The notes beneath the pieces are model-generated. The model was not told where the DNA came from and made no database searches. It saw nothing but the letters and a program-made list of their open reading frames with translations. A DNA stretch of 64,000 nt. Origin: Eubacteriales bacterium. Lineage in GTDB: Bacteria; Bacillota; Clostridia; Lachnospirales; WRAX01. Position 1 is the stretch's first letter; the number at the start of each line of letters is the position of its first letter. The translations under genes and the position numbers were made by a program. Positions 27,500-37,452 of the stretch are shown here, piece after piece. The stretch spans positions 39,202-103,201 of the forward strand of contig JAVBOO010000009.1 in assembly GCA_031550435.1 (NCBI GenBank), given 5' to 3'.

Positions 27500-28963
27500 C
27501 TAATTGTTACCGGGTCTTCCCACGAGGTGACCCTTTGATATAGCGTTAATATCGTCGATAACCATTTGGAAGCCGACAGCTCGTTTTTCGTATGCTGCTC
27601 TTTCTTCAAGACGCTTTTTGTGGAAATCCTTGATATCGTTTGTAAACGGAAGGTTAGCGCAGTCAAGGAAACGGACGGCACCGTTATTGTCTCTGGCAGG
27701 AAGCATTTTTCCGTAGTTGATCTTGCTCGGAGCAAACGGAACATCGATAACGCCGGCTTCAAAGGCTCTGACAGCTCCGATTGCGATATCTCCTTCGCCG
27801 AGTTCTATAACCTTTTTAAGCATACATCTTGTTTCGCGCTTAATGAGATCGGCTTCATCGACAACGCTTTGAATACCTACCATGTCGTGATCTTTAAGCA
27901 TGGTCACAAGCTGCTTTGTGGCACGGAGTCCGGCTGCGTTGGCTTCCATCGTCGGTATGCCCATGGCCTCGTGAGGCGTTTTGACTATAACTTTCGTAGC
28001 CTTCGAGAGCACGGCGGCTGCCGCTCCCCATGAAATAACGCCGAACGCTTTTGCTTCGTCCTGCGGGAAACCGCCCATCCACTGGTGGAATACTGTTGTA
28101 ACGCTGACATCCTTGTATCCGAATTTTTCGAGATACTCCTCAGTCAGACTGAGAAGGGATCTGACTGCGGCTATATCCTGAACAAGATTGCCGCACTGGC
28201 CGTAACCGACCGTTATGTCTTTGACGCCTTGTTCCGCCGCGAGCAGACTCTCTATAACTGCCACAGCATGAGAGATTGAGGGAGGAACGAGCGTTCCCGT
28301 GAGAGGGCCGAACGGTTCTCTGTTGATGGTAACGCCGGCATCGGCATAAATACCGATGAGCCTGTCTACGTATTGCCAGTCCTTGATTGTCTTTGCAAGA
28401 GAGTAGTTCTTCGAATAGGGTATGTTATAGGAAATTCCGCCGCCTTCATAAGAAGTGAAGCCGCCCGCCATAGTGATTTCTGCGAGCAGTCTAGCGTCCG
28501 GCGTTCCGTGGCGAACCTGCACGGGACTCTTGAGCGACATGTTTACCTGGCGGCAAACATCCACGCCGTAGTTGACCGCCGGGAAGCCGTTAAGCATTGA
28601 ACGGTCATACTTTCTGCTCTCCTCTATACCTTCTTGCGCCTCTTTGTATCTGTTGAGTCTCGTATAGGCGTCGATGGTCGAAGGGAGAAGGTCTACTTCG
28701 CCTTCCTGTTCGAGGTATTGCAGCAGTCTGATGTGTTTTTCGGGCAGCGCAACGCCTGCACGGGGCTGGGTCAGCGTTATGCCGTTTTGCTTAGCATATG
28801 CAAGCTTTTTTGAGAATATCCGTGAGTCGGGCAGGCTCCTGTGGTATTCAACCGCCTTTTCAAAATCAACGCCTTTACCTGTGGGCCATTGTTGAAGGAC
28901 ATCCTTTTGAATGCTGTAAAACTCATCATCGGAAAGCTTTTTGTTTTTGAAGCCTGTTTCCAT
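27500..28963 (-). CDS. glmE: glutamate mutase (methylaspartate mutase) epsilon/E subunit
   Basis: 487 aa with typical GlmE/MutE length and blocks ([37 protein letters not shown]). It lies between glmL and mal. Confidence 0.9.
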   Translation of the reverse strand: METGFKNKKLSDDEFYSIQKDVLQQWPTGKGVDFEKAVEYHRSLPDSRIFSKKLAYAKQNGITLTQPRAGVALPEKHIRLLQYLEQEGEVDLLPSTIDAYTRLNRYKEAQEGIEESRKYDRSMLNGFPAVNYGVDVCRQVNMSLKSPVQVRHGTPDARLLAEITMAGGFTSYEGGGISYNIPYSKNYSLAKTIKDWQYVDRLIGIYADAGVTINREPFGPLTGTLVPPSISHAVAVIESLLAAEQGVKDITVGYGQCGNLVQDIAAVRSLLSLTEEYLEKFGYKDVSVTTVFHQWMGGFPQDEAKAFGVISWGAAAAVLSKATKVIVKTPHEAMGIPTMEANAAGLRATKQLVTMLKDHDMVGIQSVVDEADLIKRETRCMLKKVIELGEGDIAIGAVRAFEAGVIDVPFAPSKINYGKMLPARDNNGAVRFLDCANLPFTNDIKDFHKKRLEERAAYEKRAVGFQMVIDDINAISKGHLVGRPGNN

Positions 28964-28975
28964 CGTTAACCTCCG

Positions 28976-30361
28976 TTAAACTTCAATGATTTCTTTGTTC
29001 ATAATCGTCAATGCCAACTCGGGATATTCTTTACCCACAAGGCCCATTGAAGCAAATATATATTTTTTGTCAATAAAGAACTTTGAACTTTCGGGTTTGA
29101 GAGTCATAGGACTTCTCGGGGAGGCCAAAGCGGCCTTTAACATTGCGGCTGGATCCGGGCTGTTGATTATCGGTCCGCCTATGCCGACAGTCGCTCTGAT
29201 TTTTCGCAAATCTTTGCCGGTCTGCATAAATGTTTCTCCAAACGGAGTAAAAACCGATTCGAGTGTTCCGCAGTGCCTGTCCGTTGCAATTTCGACAGCC
29301 AGTGCGCCCAGCTTTTCGTCTATAAGCTTTTCGGTGCTTCCCGGAGAGGATATAATGCTCGGATCTTTCCGACATTCTGCCGACCAATCATGCAAAACCT
29401 GTTCGGGAAGTCCGGTCTCGTAAGCGATTCTCTCGAAAGTAGCAGTTTCGCAAAGTGACGGCATGCTGTATCTCAGTCCCAAATCTCCTTCGACACTTCG
29501 TTTTGCAAACGGCTCGGGAAGACCCTTTTCCAGCGTGTTCGGATCTGTCGGCCGGCCCGCTGCCATTGAGTACACGTCCGTTGTCGCTCCGCCGACATCC
29601 ACAGCAAGAAATTCTCCCCAGCCCGGTAAAGATTCCGTTCCTCTCGAAAGCAGTTCGCAACCTTCCAAAACGGCCAGAGGAGTCGGGATTATTTGGGCAG
29701 TCATCATTTCCTGAGCTTTTGAAAGACCCTTCGCAACAATAATTTTTTTTATGAACAAGTCTCTGATAGCAGACTTTGCGGGCGCTATTTCGAGCCTGTT
29801 AAACACCGGCATAACGTTTTTACTGGGTATTACGAGCTTGCCGCTCGCACTCAGTATCTCGGCAACCTCTCTCATCGCGGATTTGTTCCCGGCAACGATT
29901 ACCGAAAGAGGAGCGTCAATCTCGGCAAGTTTTTTGGCGTTGTGGATAATAACTTCCTTGTTGCCGCCATCGGTTCCGCCCGATAAAAGTATTATGTCGG
30001 GGTTTATATCTTTGATTTCGTCTTGTTCCTCAGCGCTCAGCTCGTAGCTGTATGTTTTGACGACTTTCGCGCCGGCGCTGGAAGCGGCCATTCTTGAGGC
30101 CTTTGAGGTCAAATCCGGAACAAGCCCGACAGCTACCATTTTAAGACCGCCGCCGGCGCTCGAACAGGCAAGACGCTCGGAAAATTCAATTTTACCCGTC
30201 TGCTTGTATAGCAGCTGCATCGCGTTTTCAAAACCGATGCATATGTCGGTTTCTATGGTTGTGAAGGCTTTAGCCGTACCGATAACCGAACGAGTCTGCG
30301 TATCTATTGCCGTTACTTTGGTAAACGTACTGCCAAAGTCGGTAGTCAGTACATACATCAA
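28976..30361 (-). CDS. glmL: glutamate mutase accessory/reactivase protein GlmL (MutL)
   Basis: 461 aa. It has the ASKHA-like N-terminus [14 protein letters not shown] and a second phosphate motif [11 protein letters not shown]. It occupies the canonical position between glmS and glmE. Confidence 0.85.
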   Translation of the reverse strand: MMYVLTTDFGSTFTKVTAIDTQTRSVIGTAKAFTTIETDICIGFENAMQLLYKQTGKIEFSERLACSSAGGGLKMVAVGLVPDLTSKASRMAASSAGAKVVKTYSYELSAEEQDEIKDINPDIILLSGGTDGGNKEVIIHNAKKLAEIDAPLSVIVAGNKSAMREVAEILSASGKLVIPSKNVMPVFNRLEIAPAKSAIRDLFIKKIIVAKGLSKAQEMMTAQIIPTPLAVLEGCELLSRGTESLPGWGEFLAVDVGGATTDVYSMAAGRPTDPNTLEKGLPEPFAKRSVEGDLGLRYSMPSLCETATFERIAYETGLPEQVLHDWSAECRKDPSIISSPGSTEKLIDEKLGALAVEIATDRHCGTLESVFTPFGETFMQTGKDLRKIRATVGIGGPIINSPDPAAMLKAALASPRSPMTLKPESSKFFIDKKYIFASMGLVGKEYPELALTIMNKEIIEV

Positions 30362-30771
30362 GCAACACCCAAATCGCTTTTAATATCGCCAATCGCTGTT
30401 TCCGGCGAAGTTCCGGGCGGGTAAACCCTTGTGAAGCCCATTTGCTTGAAACGAGCGGCGACGGCTGTGAAATCAGCCTTACCTACAACGAGGTTTCCTC
30501 CTACATAAAGAGGAATATTCTTTAAACCGGCCTCATCGCATTTTTCCCTCAGACCTCTGCAGTCGATTTCTCCGTGGCCGTAGAGCGAAGAAACCATAAT
30601 AGCCGAAGCGCTTGTCTCTATTGCCGCTTCAATGAATTCTTCCTGAGAAACCATAACTCCAAGGTTGATGATTTCGAATCCGGCCTGAGTGAAAGCATAG
30701 TCAAGAATTTTGTTTCCGACCGCATGAACATCCGCGCCGATTACTCCTAAAACGATTTTCTTCTTTTCCAT
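30358..30771 (-). CDS. glmS: glutamate mutase sigma/S subunit (B12-binding)
   Basis: 137 aa from ATG 30771 (RBS GAGGTAGG). Cobalamin-binding DxHxxG motif (GADVHAVGN) and SSLYGHG. A 4-nt overlap with glmL suggests translational coupling. The ORF track extends to 30822. Confidence 0.9.
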   Translation of the reverse strand: MEKKKIVLGVIGADVHAVGNKILDYAFTQAGFEIINLGVMVSQEEFIEAAIETSASAIMVSSLYGHGEIDCRGLREKCDEAGLKNIPLYVGGNLVVGKADFTAVAARFKQMGFTRVYPPGTSPETAIGDIKSDLGVA

Positions 30772-30784
30772 AGAACCTACCTCG

Positions 30785-31768
30785 TTAAATTTTTTTGGCA
30801 AAATTTTTTGCCTTTTCCTCAATATATATGAAAGAACCTCTTTCGATTGTGTAGTTAAAAATCACGACATTTCCGCCATGCCGGCAGTAATCCGATATTT
30901 GCTTGTTAATCGGGTACATGGGCATTAAAGCATATGCCGGAGGGATAATCAAGTAGGACTTTTCGTTATAAGCTTTAAATGCGTACGAGTCTGACTGCTC
31001 GGATATAACAAAGGTCTCTGTGGTAAAACCGCAGTTCAAATTTTTGAGATTACTTTCGATGATATGCGCAAACCTCGCGCTTTCTGTCACGATCCCAACG
31101 TTCGCATTCTTTGGGATAGCGTTAAGCCCTGCAATAGTATTTACATCCGGAGACAGCACGGTTTTGACTATCTTTTTCTCAAGCGGTGAAATGAGTTTTG
31201 CCAGGTCGTCGTAGTGAGTTGTTGTGGTAAGAATAAAGTCAAACGCATCTAATACGTTTGTCGGATAGGAATAACTTGTTATTTCGTGCAGCAAAAAACC
31301 CGCAAACCTGATATTTGCGAGTATTGCAACCTGATGTCTTATGATTTCCAGGGTTTCCGGGTTACAGTCAATAGCCGCAACCTGTATAATCCCGTCGCTG
31401 TTTTGTTTCTTTTCGGCAGCTGCCCTAAACATGACCGTAATTTCGGGTACGGTGTAGCCCTCGGATACAAAATCCGAAATAAAAGCGGAAATTTTATCTT
31501 GGCAGCTTCTGTCCGGTCCCGCCTCTTTTTTCGCGACATATGTTCCGCTTCCTCTGCCGACAGTTAAAAAACCGTCCTTAATAAGAAGCGTGTACGCGCG
31601 CTTGACAGTGCCCCTTGATATACCGAGCTGTGCCGATAAGCTGCGTTCGGAAGGAAGTTTATCGGAAGGACGCATGCTCTCTGCGGCAACGGCCTGAGCG
31701 ATATTAACGTAGAGCTGTTTGTATACGGGTACGCTGCTGTATTTATCAATGCTTATACCGTGTTCCAT
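30785..31768 (-). CDS. GntR-family transcriptional regulator with a C-terminal ligand-binding-type domain
   Basis: N-terminal winged HTH: [15 protein letters not shown]...[41 protein letters not shown]. It is the first gene of the methylaspartate operon. Confidence 0.85.
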   Translation of the reverse strand: MEHGISIDKYSSVPVYKQLYVNIAQAVAAESMRPSDKLPSERSLSAQLGISRGTVKRAYTLLIKDGFLTVGRGSGTYVAKKEAGPDRSCQDKISAFISDFVSEGYTVPEITVMFRAAAEKKQNSDGIIQVAAIDCNPETLEIIRHQVAILANIRFAGFLLHEITSYSYPTNVLDAFDFILTTTTHYDDLAKLISPLEKKIVKTVLSPDVNTIAGLNAIPKNANVGIVTESARFAHIIESNLKNLNCGFTTETFVISEQSDSYAFKAYNEKSYLIIPPAYALMPMYPINKQISDYCRHGGNVVIFNYTIERGSFIYIEEKAKNFAKKI

Positions 31769-31811
31769 TCTTCACTCCGAACAAAATATATCATATTTGC
31801 AATTGTAAACC

Positions 31812-31863
31812 GGTACAGTCACCGGTTCTGTACCATTATAGTTCTTCCGATGTTTTTTGTCAA
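31812..31863 (-). promoter_or_regulatory. consensus promoter plus inverted-repeat operator of the gntR-glm operon
   Basis: Minus strand: TTGACA (31863-31858), 17-nt spacer, TATAAT (31840-31835), immediately followed by GGTACAG-N9-CTGTACC (31834-31812). The operator spans the predicted TSS. Confidence 0.6.
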
Positions 31864-31961
31864 GGAAATGAGCCGAAAAACGCAGTGACTTTTTGTGGAA
31901 AAATTCAGGATCCGGCATGCCGGCGTTTTTACCGGGATGCTTTCGAGCGGAACGCAAAAGC

Positions 31962-31990
31962 TTGAAAAACGGGGTGTGCCGTATTATACT
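31962..31990 (+). promoter_or_regulatory. candidate tmcAL promoter
   Basis: TTGAAA (31962-31967), 17-nt spacer, TATACT (31985-31990). Confidence 0.45.
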
Positions 31991-32051
31991 TATTGAATCG
32001 AAGCTTCAAAACCGACAAAGCGTCGGACTAATTCCTGACAAGTGAGGTACC

Positions 32052-33284
32052 ATGAAAACTGCTGTTGTTATTGCCGAGTATAACCCGTTTCATAACGGAC
32101 ATAAGTATCATATCGAAAAGACGCGTGAGGTCACGCACGCCGAGAACGTAGTAGTTATTATGAGCGGCAACTATGTTCAGCGCGGCGAACCGGCCATATG
32201 CGACAAGTATGTCAGGACGCGCTGCGCCTTGGAAAACGGAGCCGATATGGTGATAGAACTTCCGTTTCCTTATGCTTGCGCAAGTTCGGAAATTTTCGCT
32301 TTCGGAGCGGTATCCCTCGCGCACGAAACGAGGATTGCGGACTGTATTTGCTTTGGCTCGGAGTGCGGAGATCTGCCGCTGCTTAACGGCATAGCTGACG
32401 CGGCCGCTAATGAGGGGGAGGTATTTCGGCGCGAACTTAAACGCTGTCTGGAGGACGGGGTCTCTTTTGCAAAAGCAAGAGCAAATGCCTTGAAATCGGT
32501 TTTGGGCAATGGGTTCGAACTGAGACTGTCCAACGATATACTTGCCGTTGATTACTTAAAAACGCTGAAAAACCTCGGGTCAGCGCTCATACCGTTTACG
32601 GTTAAAAGAACAAACGACTATAATTCGTGCGAAATTGAAGGAAGTGTGGCATCTGCCACGGCTATCAGAAAGGCTATTACAGACGGAGATTACGCTGCGG
32701 TTAAAATGACCGTTCCCCCGGGCTGTCTGAAACTCTTGGAGCAATGCTTGGAAGAAGGGTCTTATCCCGTAACATCGGATATGTTTTCGGACATATTGCG
32801 TTACAGGCTTATGGCTCTTTCAAACAGCGAATTGGCGGAGATTGCGGATATATCGGAAGGTATAGAGAACAGAATGACAAAGCTTTTGCCCTGCGCGGGT
32901 TCGTTTTCGGGGCTTGTTTCGGCCGTAAAAACCAAGCGTTATTCTCAGACGAGGATACAGCGTGCTCTAATGCATGTAATATTGGGGATAACCGACAGAG
33001 ATTTGCGTGAGTTCGCAAAAAAACGTCCGCCGTATATTCGCGTGCTGGGATTCAAAAAAACAGCTTCCAAGCTGCTTTCCGAGATGGAGAGACGGGCGGA
33101 ACTGCCTGTGATAACAAATATTCCGAAGCTTCCTGAATGTTTGGATGCTCGAGCAAGGGAGCTCTTGGACAAGGAGATTACCGCCACGGACATATACAAC
33201 TCCGTGCTCCCGAAAAAGGACAGAAAAAAAGGCTACGAGTATTCGCAGCCGCTTATCGTTATTGATCCCCCGATTAAACCATGA
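32052..33284 (+). CDS. tmcAL: tRNA(Met) cytidine acetate ligase (YlbM/UPF0348 nucleotidyltransferase)
   Basis: 410 aa. The N-terminus MKTAVVIAEYNPFHNGHKYH...VIMSGNYVQRGEPA...VIELPFPYA closely parallels B. subtilis YlbM/TmcAL. The last 8 codons and the stop lie inside repeat A2. Confidence 0.9.
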   Translation: MKTAVVIAEYNPFHNGHKYHIEKTREVTHAENVVVIMSGNYVQRGEPAICDKYVRTRCALENGADMVIELPFPYACASSEIFAFGAVSLAHETRIADCICFGSECGDLPLLNGIADAAANEGEVFRRELKRCLEDGVSFAKARANALKSVLGNGFELRLSNDILAVDYLKTLKNLGSALIPFTVKRTNDYNSCEIEGSVASATAIRKAITDGDYAAVKMTVPPGCLKLLEQCLEEGSYPVTSDMFSDILRYRLMALSNSELAEIADISEGIENRMTKLLPCAGSFSGLVSAVKTKRYSQTRIQRALMHVILGITDRDLREFAKKRPPYIRVLGFKKTASKLLSEMERRAELPVITNIPKLPECLDARARELLDKEITATDIYNSVLPKKDRKKGYEYSQPLIVIDPPIKP

Positions 33285-33369
33285 GGTTTAATCACCCCCT
33301 TACACCGGCTTGCGGGCCAAAGGGGGATTGAGGCGATAAATTTAGCGAACAGTTTAATTGTCGCCTCAA
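33262..33369 (+). mobile_element. repeat family A, copy 2
   Basis: TTGATCCCCCGATTAAACCATGAGGTTTAATC...ATTGAGGCGATAAATTTAGCGAACAGTTTAATTGTCGCCTCAA. The left flank is TA and the right flank is TT. It overlaps the 3' end of tmcAL. Confidence 0.7.
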
Positions 33370-33443
33370 TTTATATGTAAACGCTGATTACTTGACTTTG
33401 GACAGAAACACGGCGGATTAAATCAGCACTTACATAAAATCAT

Positions 33444-34325
33444 TTATTTTCTTATCTCGATAAAGCCTTCGCCGAGTACTTCGGCAACGTCGGTAACTAT
33501 CACAAAGGCGTTCCTGTCGATATCGACTACCGCATCTTTTACCAGAGGTATTTCCTTTCGGGAAACGACCGACAAAACAATGTTTTTTTCCATAAGGGTG
33601 TATCCGCCCTTTGCATGGATGATGCTCGTTCCTCTTCCGAGTTTGTCCATCAGCTTTTTGGCAACCTCTTCGGACTTTTCGGTTATGATGAACGCAGCTT
33701 TTGCAAAGTGAAGCCCTTCAAGTATAGAGTCGCAGACCTTTGATGTTACAAATACGGCGATAATCGCATAGAGCGATTTTTCATAGCCGAAGGTAAACAT
33801 ACCGAAGGCAATTATTATCACATCAAAGATCATCATGTGTGTGGCGATTGACATGCTTTTATTCATGCGGTTGGCGATCATGCCGAGCATATCAGTTCCG
33901 CCGGTTGTCGCCATGCAACGGAATATAACAGCGAGGGCTATGCCGCTCAGAAGGCCGCCGTATACTGAGATCAGTATTAAATCGTCTTGTTTCGGCAGAT
34001 AGCCCGTTATTTTTTCGGTAAAATACAGCGCAAACGAAAGGAAAAACGCCGCATAAATTGTTTTTGCCAGCTGCTTAACACCGAAAAGCTTTAGACCGAA
34101 CACAAAAAGCGGTATATTCAGTACGGTGTTTGTCAGCCAGAGCGGTATTTCAAAATTAAAAGCGCTGAGAGACAGGCTGCGTACTATTATCGCCAAGCCG
34201 GAAAATCCGCCGGTAACCAGATTTGCGGGCGAAAAAAACAGGCTTATCGCCAATGCGAGCAATGTGACGCCGACAGTCAGCACCGCGTATTCAAGAATCA
34301 CGTTCTTCTTCCCAAATATACTCAT
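33444..34325 (-). CDS. yitT: YitT-family membrane protein (DUF161/DUF2179)
   Basis: Multi-pass membrane N-terminus with the C-terminal DUF2179-like block KEIPLVKDAVVDIDRNAFVIVTDVAEVLGEGF. RBS GAGGT precedes ATG 34325. Confidence 0.8.
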   Translation of the reverse strand: MSIFGKKNVILEYAVLTVGVTLLALAISLFFSPANLVTGGFSGLAIIVRSLSLSAFNFEIPLWLTNTVLNIPLFVFGLKLFGVKQLAKTIYAAFFLSFALYFTEKITGYLPKQDDLILISVYGGLLSGIALAVIFRCMATTGGTDMLGMIANRMNKSMSIATHMMIFDVIIIAFGMFTFGYEKSLYAIIAVFVTSKVCDSILEGLHFAKAAFIITEKSEEVAKKLMDKLGRGTSIIHAKGGYTLMEKNIVLSVVSRKEIPLVKDAVVDIDRNAFVIVTDVAEVLGEGFIEIRK

Positions 34326-35061
34326 TTTCAACCTCGTTTAACCCGAGAAATTTTCTTTTCAATACTTTAAACACAAAAACAGGAATTGCAAGCTGACGTT
34401 TAAAGCGCTTAAGCTTCAGCATTCTGTACAGCCATTCCAGGCCTAGCCTCTGGAGCATTTTCGGAGCGCGTTTCGAATCGCCGCACAGCCCGTCAAGAAC
34501 TCCTCCGACTCCGATATAGACCTTGGCTCCGACTTTTTCCGCGTTATTGAAAATCCATTTTTCCTGCCGCTCCATGCCGAGCCCGACCAAAACTATATCG
34601 GGCTTTTTTTCCTGCATATCTTGTATTATCAGTTTTTCCTTGGCTTCGTCGAAGTAACCGTCGGCAACGCCCGAAATCCGAATGCCCGGGTATTGACTTT
34701 CGACGCTTTCTTTTGCTTTTTCGGCCACTCCCGGCTTTGAGCCGAAGAAATAAAACGAAGCGTTTGCGTTTTTCAGGCGCTCAAAAAGCTCACAGCACAA
34801 GTCGTAGCCCGTGACGCGCTCGCGTATTTTTACTTTGTTCAGCTTTGAAGCGAGCAGAACACCGATTCCGTCTGCGGTAAGCAAATCCGCGGAATTAAGT
34901 ATACTTCCGAACTCGGGTTTTTTGTCGGCGAGTACAAGCATTTCCGGATTGGGCGTAAAAATTATATGCGGCGCATCGTCGTAAAAAAAGTCAACTGCCT
35001 TGCAGACAGCATCGTTAAAGCTGATTACGTCTATTCTCGTTCCTAAAACATAAGTTTTCAA
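34291..35061 (-). CDS. tagA: WecB/TagA/CpsF-family glycosyltransferase (ManNAc transferase type)
   Basis: 256 aa with family blocks FTPNPEMLV, ADGIGVLLASKL, LVGLGMERQEKWI and GVGGVLD. The 3' end overlaps the yitT start by ~35 nt. Confidence 0.85.
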   Translation of the reverse strand: MKTYVLGTRIDVISFNDAVCKAVDFFYDDAPHIIFTPNPEMLVLADKKPEFGSILNSADLLTADGIGVLLASKLNKVKIRERVTGYDLCCELFERLKNANASFYFFGSKPGVAEKAKESVESQYPGIRISGVADGYFDEAKEKLIIQDMQEKKPDIVLVGLGMERQEKWIFNNAEKVGAKVYIGVGGVLDGLCGDSKRAPKMLQRLGLEWLYRMLKLKRFKRQLAIPVFVFKVLKRKFLGLNEVENEYIWEEERDS

Positions 35062-35089
35062 TGTGGATACCTCGTCAATTTACGCGGCA

Positions 35090-37318
35090 TCAAAACATGT
35101 CTTTTCCTGCCAGTTCGATTGCCAGCGCAGCTGTTTTTTTAGATTTTAGTCGCGCTTGATCGCTGATATTCATAAAATTTTCGTTAATTATATCTTTGTT
35201 AACGACGCAGTAGTCAGCGTATTTTTTAAGCGAGTCAAGTTCAATATTGTCAACACTGCAATAGTGCAGTAAACCGAAGCTGTTAAATACGGCTTCAATC
35301 TTTGGGTCGTATGCAAGCCCCAGTATCGGTATGCCGCATTTTAAGGCATAGATAACCGGGTAAAGCCTCATACCCAGCACGAATTCGGAACGGGCAATCA
35401 GCGAAATAATTTCATCGTTTGTTAGCTTTGATCCGGCACATATCCCGCGGGGCCTCAGTTGCGAAGCTGCCGCTTCCGATATGGCGGAATCGCTGTCCGG
35501 CTGTGTCGGAACGAAAAGTGCTGTATAGCCGTACCGAAGATAAATGTACTCGCAAAAAGCCTGTATACTGTTCAAAAATCCGTCCTGTATCGTTTTCCAT
35601 GTTCGAAGCGATACGACGAAATATTTCTTGTTTTTAAGGCCGAGCGACTCGAGCAGAGGAGAAACATCGGTTTCTTGCGGACTTAGGCTGAAAATCGGGT
35701 CTGCCGTTACAACAGCCTTTGATGTATCGGCGCCGATCTCATTAAGAAGCGCCAGCGATTCTTCATCTCTGAGAGTAATCAGATCCGTTTTGAGAAGTAC
35801 TTTTGCGGCATCTAAACGACTTTTCGGACGGTTAAGCGGACCGATTCCGTTTGCATACAGCATAGTGCGCGTGTGCAATTTTATTGCAGATTTTATCAAA
35901 AACAGATAATGCCAAAGCGAACGATTGCTCGTAACGTCCTGAATAAGGCTTCCGCCACCGGTTATAAGCAGCTTTGTGTTTTTTATTCTTTTTAGTATCT
36001 TAAGATAGCCGAATCTGTAAACAGACTCTACGTTATGCGCGGCTGCGGTTACTTCGGGATTGGAAGACAAAACGGTTATTTTCAAATCGGGTTGTATCTC
36101 GCGCAGGTCAAAAAGCATGGCCTTGAGCACGGTTTCGTCCCCGTGGTTGCCGGAACCATGGAAGCCGGAAATCATAATATCATATTTCCTGGAAGATTTG
36201 AGTAAACGCTGATAGGCGACGAGCGTATCATAAACGGTTCTGTCGACGCTGTAGTTGTCACTGACAAATTTTCTGCCGTATTCGCCGATGGCGTTAAGCT
36301 CAGAGATATCCGTTCTGAATACTTTTATCAGGTCGGCCTGTAATTTCTCGGCTGTTACCGGCTCGCAGCCCTTAAAACCGAAATCGGTATTTATTGCGGT
36401 TTCGGCAAGCTTTTCACCGAAAAGTCCGCCGTAGCCCTCGTCGCCGGCCATGATAACGGGTTTTTGAGAGGCAAGCGCCTCGATACCGGAGCGGCCCGAG
36501 CCTATAACTACATACGCTGAAGAAAGCAGTTCGTTTATGTTGGAACGGGCGCCGATGAAATACACAAGTTTCTTGCCGATTTTTCTGTTCAGCTCGTCGG
36601 CCTTGTTCTTTAGTTCCTCGTACTTTGTGCCGTTGCCGACTATGACAAACTCAATTTTTCTGTTAAGCGTATAAACGCCTTCAACGCAATCAAGCAGTTT
36701 TTCGGCGGCAAGGCTTTTTCCGGCATCAAGCCTGCTGATAAGCAAAACCCGCTTTTTTTCCTCACTTAGCCTGAAGTCTTTTATAACTCGGGAATAATCA
36801 ACCTGAGGTTTAAATTTATCAAGGTCGATGCCGCTCATGATTTCTATAATGTTATCCGGATTCAGTTTATAAGTTTTTATCAGATCGCTTCTGACAAAAT
36901 CGCCGGAGGCGAGTGTCAGTTCTCCCCAGTTGCTCAGCAATTTATATGGAAGCAGCTTTGAGTATACGTTATGAGCCGTCGTTACGAACCTGAAATCGAG
37001 AGAACCGTGAAGCAGGCCGCATATGAAAGCAGGTATGCGCGCGTGAGCATGCACGAGGTGTATGTCATTTTTGATGATGATGCTTCTGAGCGAGAAATAC
37101 GCGCTTATCATATCAAAAATGTTCTTTCCGGCAAGCGGAACCTTGAAATGCTTTATGCCGTGTGCATGAAGCTCCTGTTCGTATATTCCGCCGTTTGAGG
37201 CAACATACACGGTTACTCCGAGCTTTTGGAGGCCCTTGCAAAGCTCGAGAACACGGGTCTGAGCTCCGCCTATTTTCATATCCATTGCTGCCATGAGTAC
37301 TTTGAATTCGGTTTTCAT
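35090..37318 (-). CDS. csaB: fusion protein: GT4-type glycosyltransferase (N-terminal) plus polysaccharide pyruvyl transferase CsaB (C-terminal)
   Basis: 742 aa. The N-terminal ~370 aa is a GT-B/GT4 fold (MDMKIGGAQTRVLEL..., VIVGNGTKYEEL). The C-terminal ~370 aa starts with the CsaB signature ISGFHGSGNHGDETVL. Confidence 0.8.
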   Translation of the reverse strand: MKTEFKVLMAAMDMKIGGAQTRVLELCKGLQKLGVTVYVASNGGIYEQELHAHGIKHFKVPLAGKNIFDMISAYFSLRSIIIKNDIHLVHAHARIPAFICGLLHGSLDFRFVTTAHNVYSKLLPYKLLSNWGELTLASGDFVRSDLIKTYKLNPDNIIEIMSGIDLDKFKPQVDYSRVIKDFRLSEEKKRVLLISRLDAGKSLAAEKLLDCVEGVYTLNRKIEFVIVGNGTKYEELKNKADELNRKIGKKLVYFIGARSNINELLSSAYVVIGSGRSGIEALASQKPVIMAGDEGYGGLFGEKLAETAINTDFGFKGCEPVTAEKLQADLIKVFRTDISELNAIGEYGRKFVSDNYSVDRTVYDTLVAYQRLLKSSRKYDIMISGFHGSGNHGDETVLKAMLFDLREIQPDLKITVLSSNPEVTAAAHNVESVYRFGYLKILKRIKNTKLLITGGGSLIQDVTSNRSLWHYLFLIKSAIKLHTRTMLYANGIGPLNRPKSRLDAAKVLLKTDLITLRDEESLALLNEIGADTSKAVVTADPIFSLSPQETDVSPLLESLGLKNKKYFVVSLRTWKTIQDGFLNSIQAFCEYIYLRYGYTALFVPTQPDSDSAISEAAASQLRPRGICAGSKLTNDEIISLIARSEFVLGMRLYPVIYALKCGIPILGLAYDPKIEAVFNSFGLLHYCSVDNIELDSLKKYADYCVVNKDIINENFMNISDQARLKSKKTAALAIELAGKDMF

Positions 37319-37410
37319 GCTGCCTCCTTCCGGTAAAGTATTTGCGGTTTTGCCGGTGTCTGTTTTGTTCGAGCCTTGAAATTTAATAATTTCGTAACTA
37401 TTATGTAATG

Positions 37411-37438
37411 ATTATAACAAGCTTCGCGCAAAAATCAA
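37411..37438 (-). promoter_or_regulatory. candidate promoter for the GT4::csaB-tagA-yitT unit
   Basis: Minus strand: TTGATT (37438-37433), 16-nt spacer, extended -10 TGtTATAAT (37419-37411). Confidence 0.45.
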
Positions 37439-37452
37439 GTATTGCGGTAATT

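Noticed and set aside
33375-33440. Interpretation of the GTAAACGCTGATT motif as a bona fide cre (CcpA) site.
   Set aside because: Only the left half matches the cre consensus, and the right half (GATT) does not restore the palindrome. I kept it as an open alternative in the findings rather than calling it a feature.
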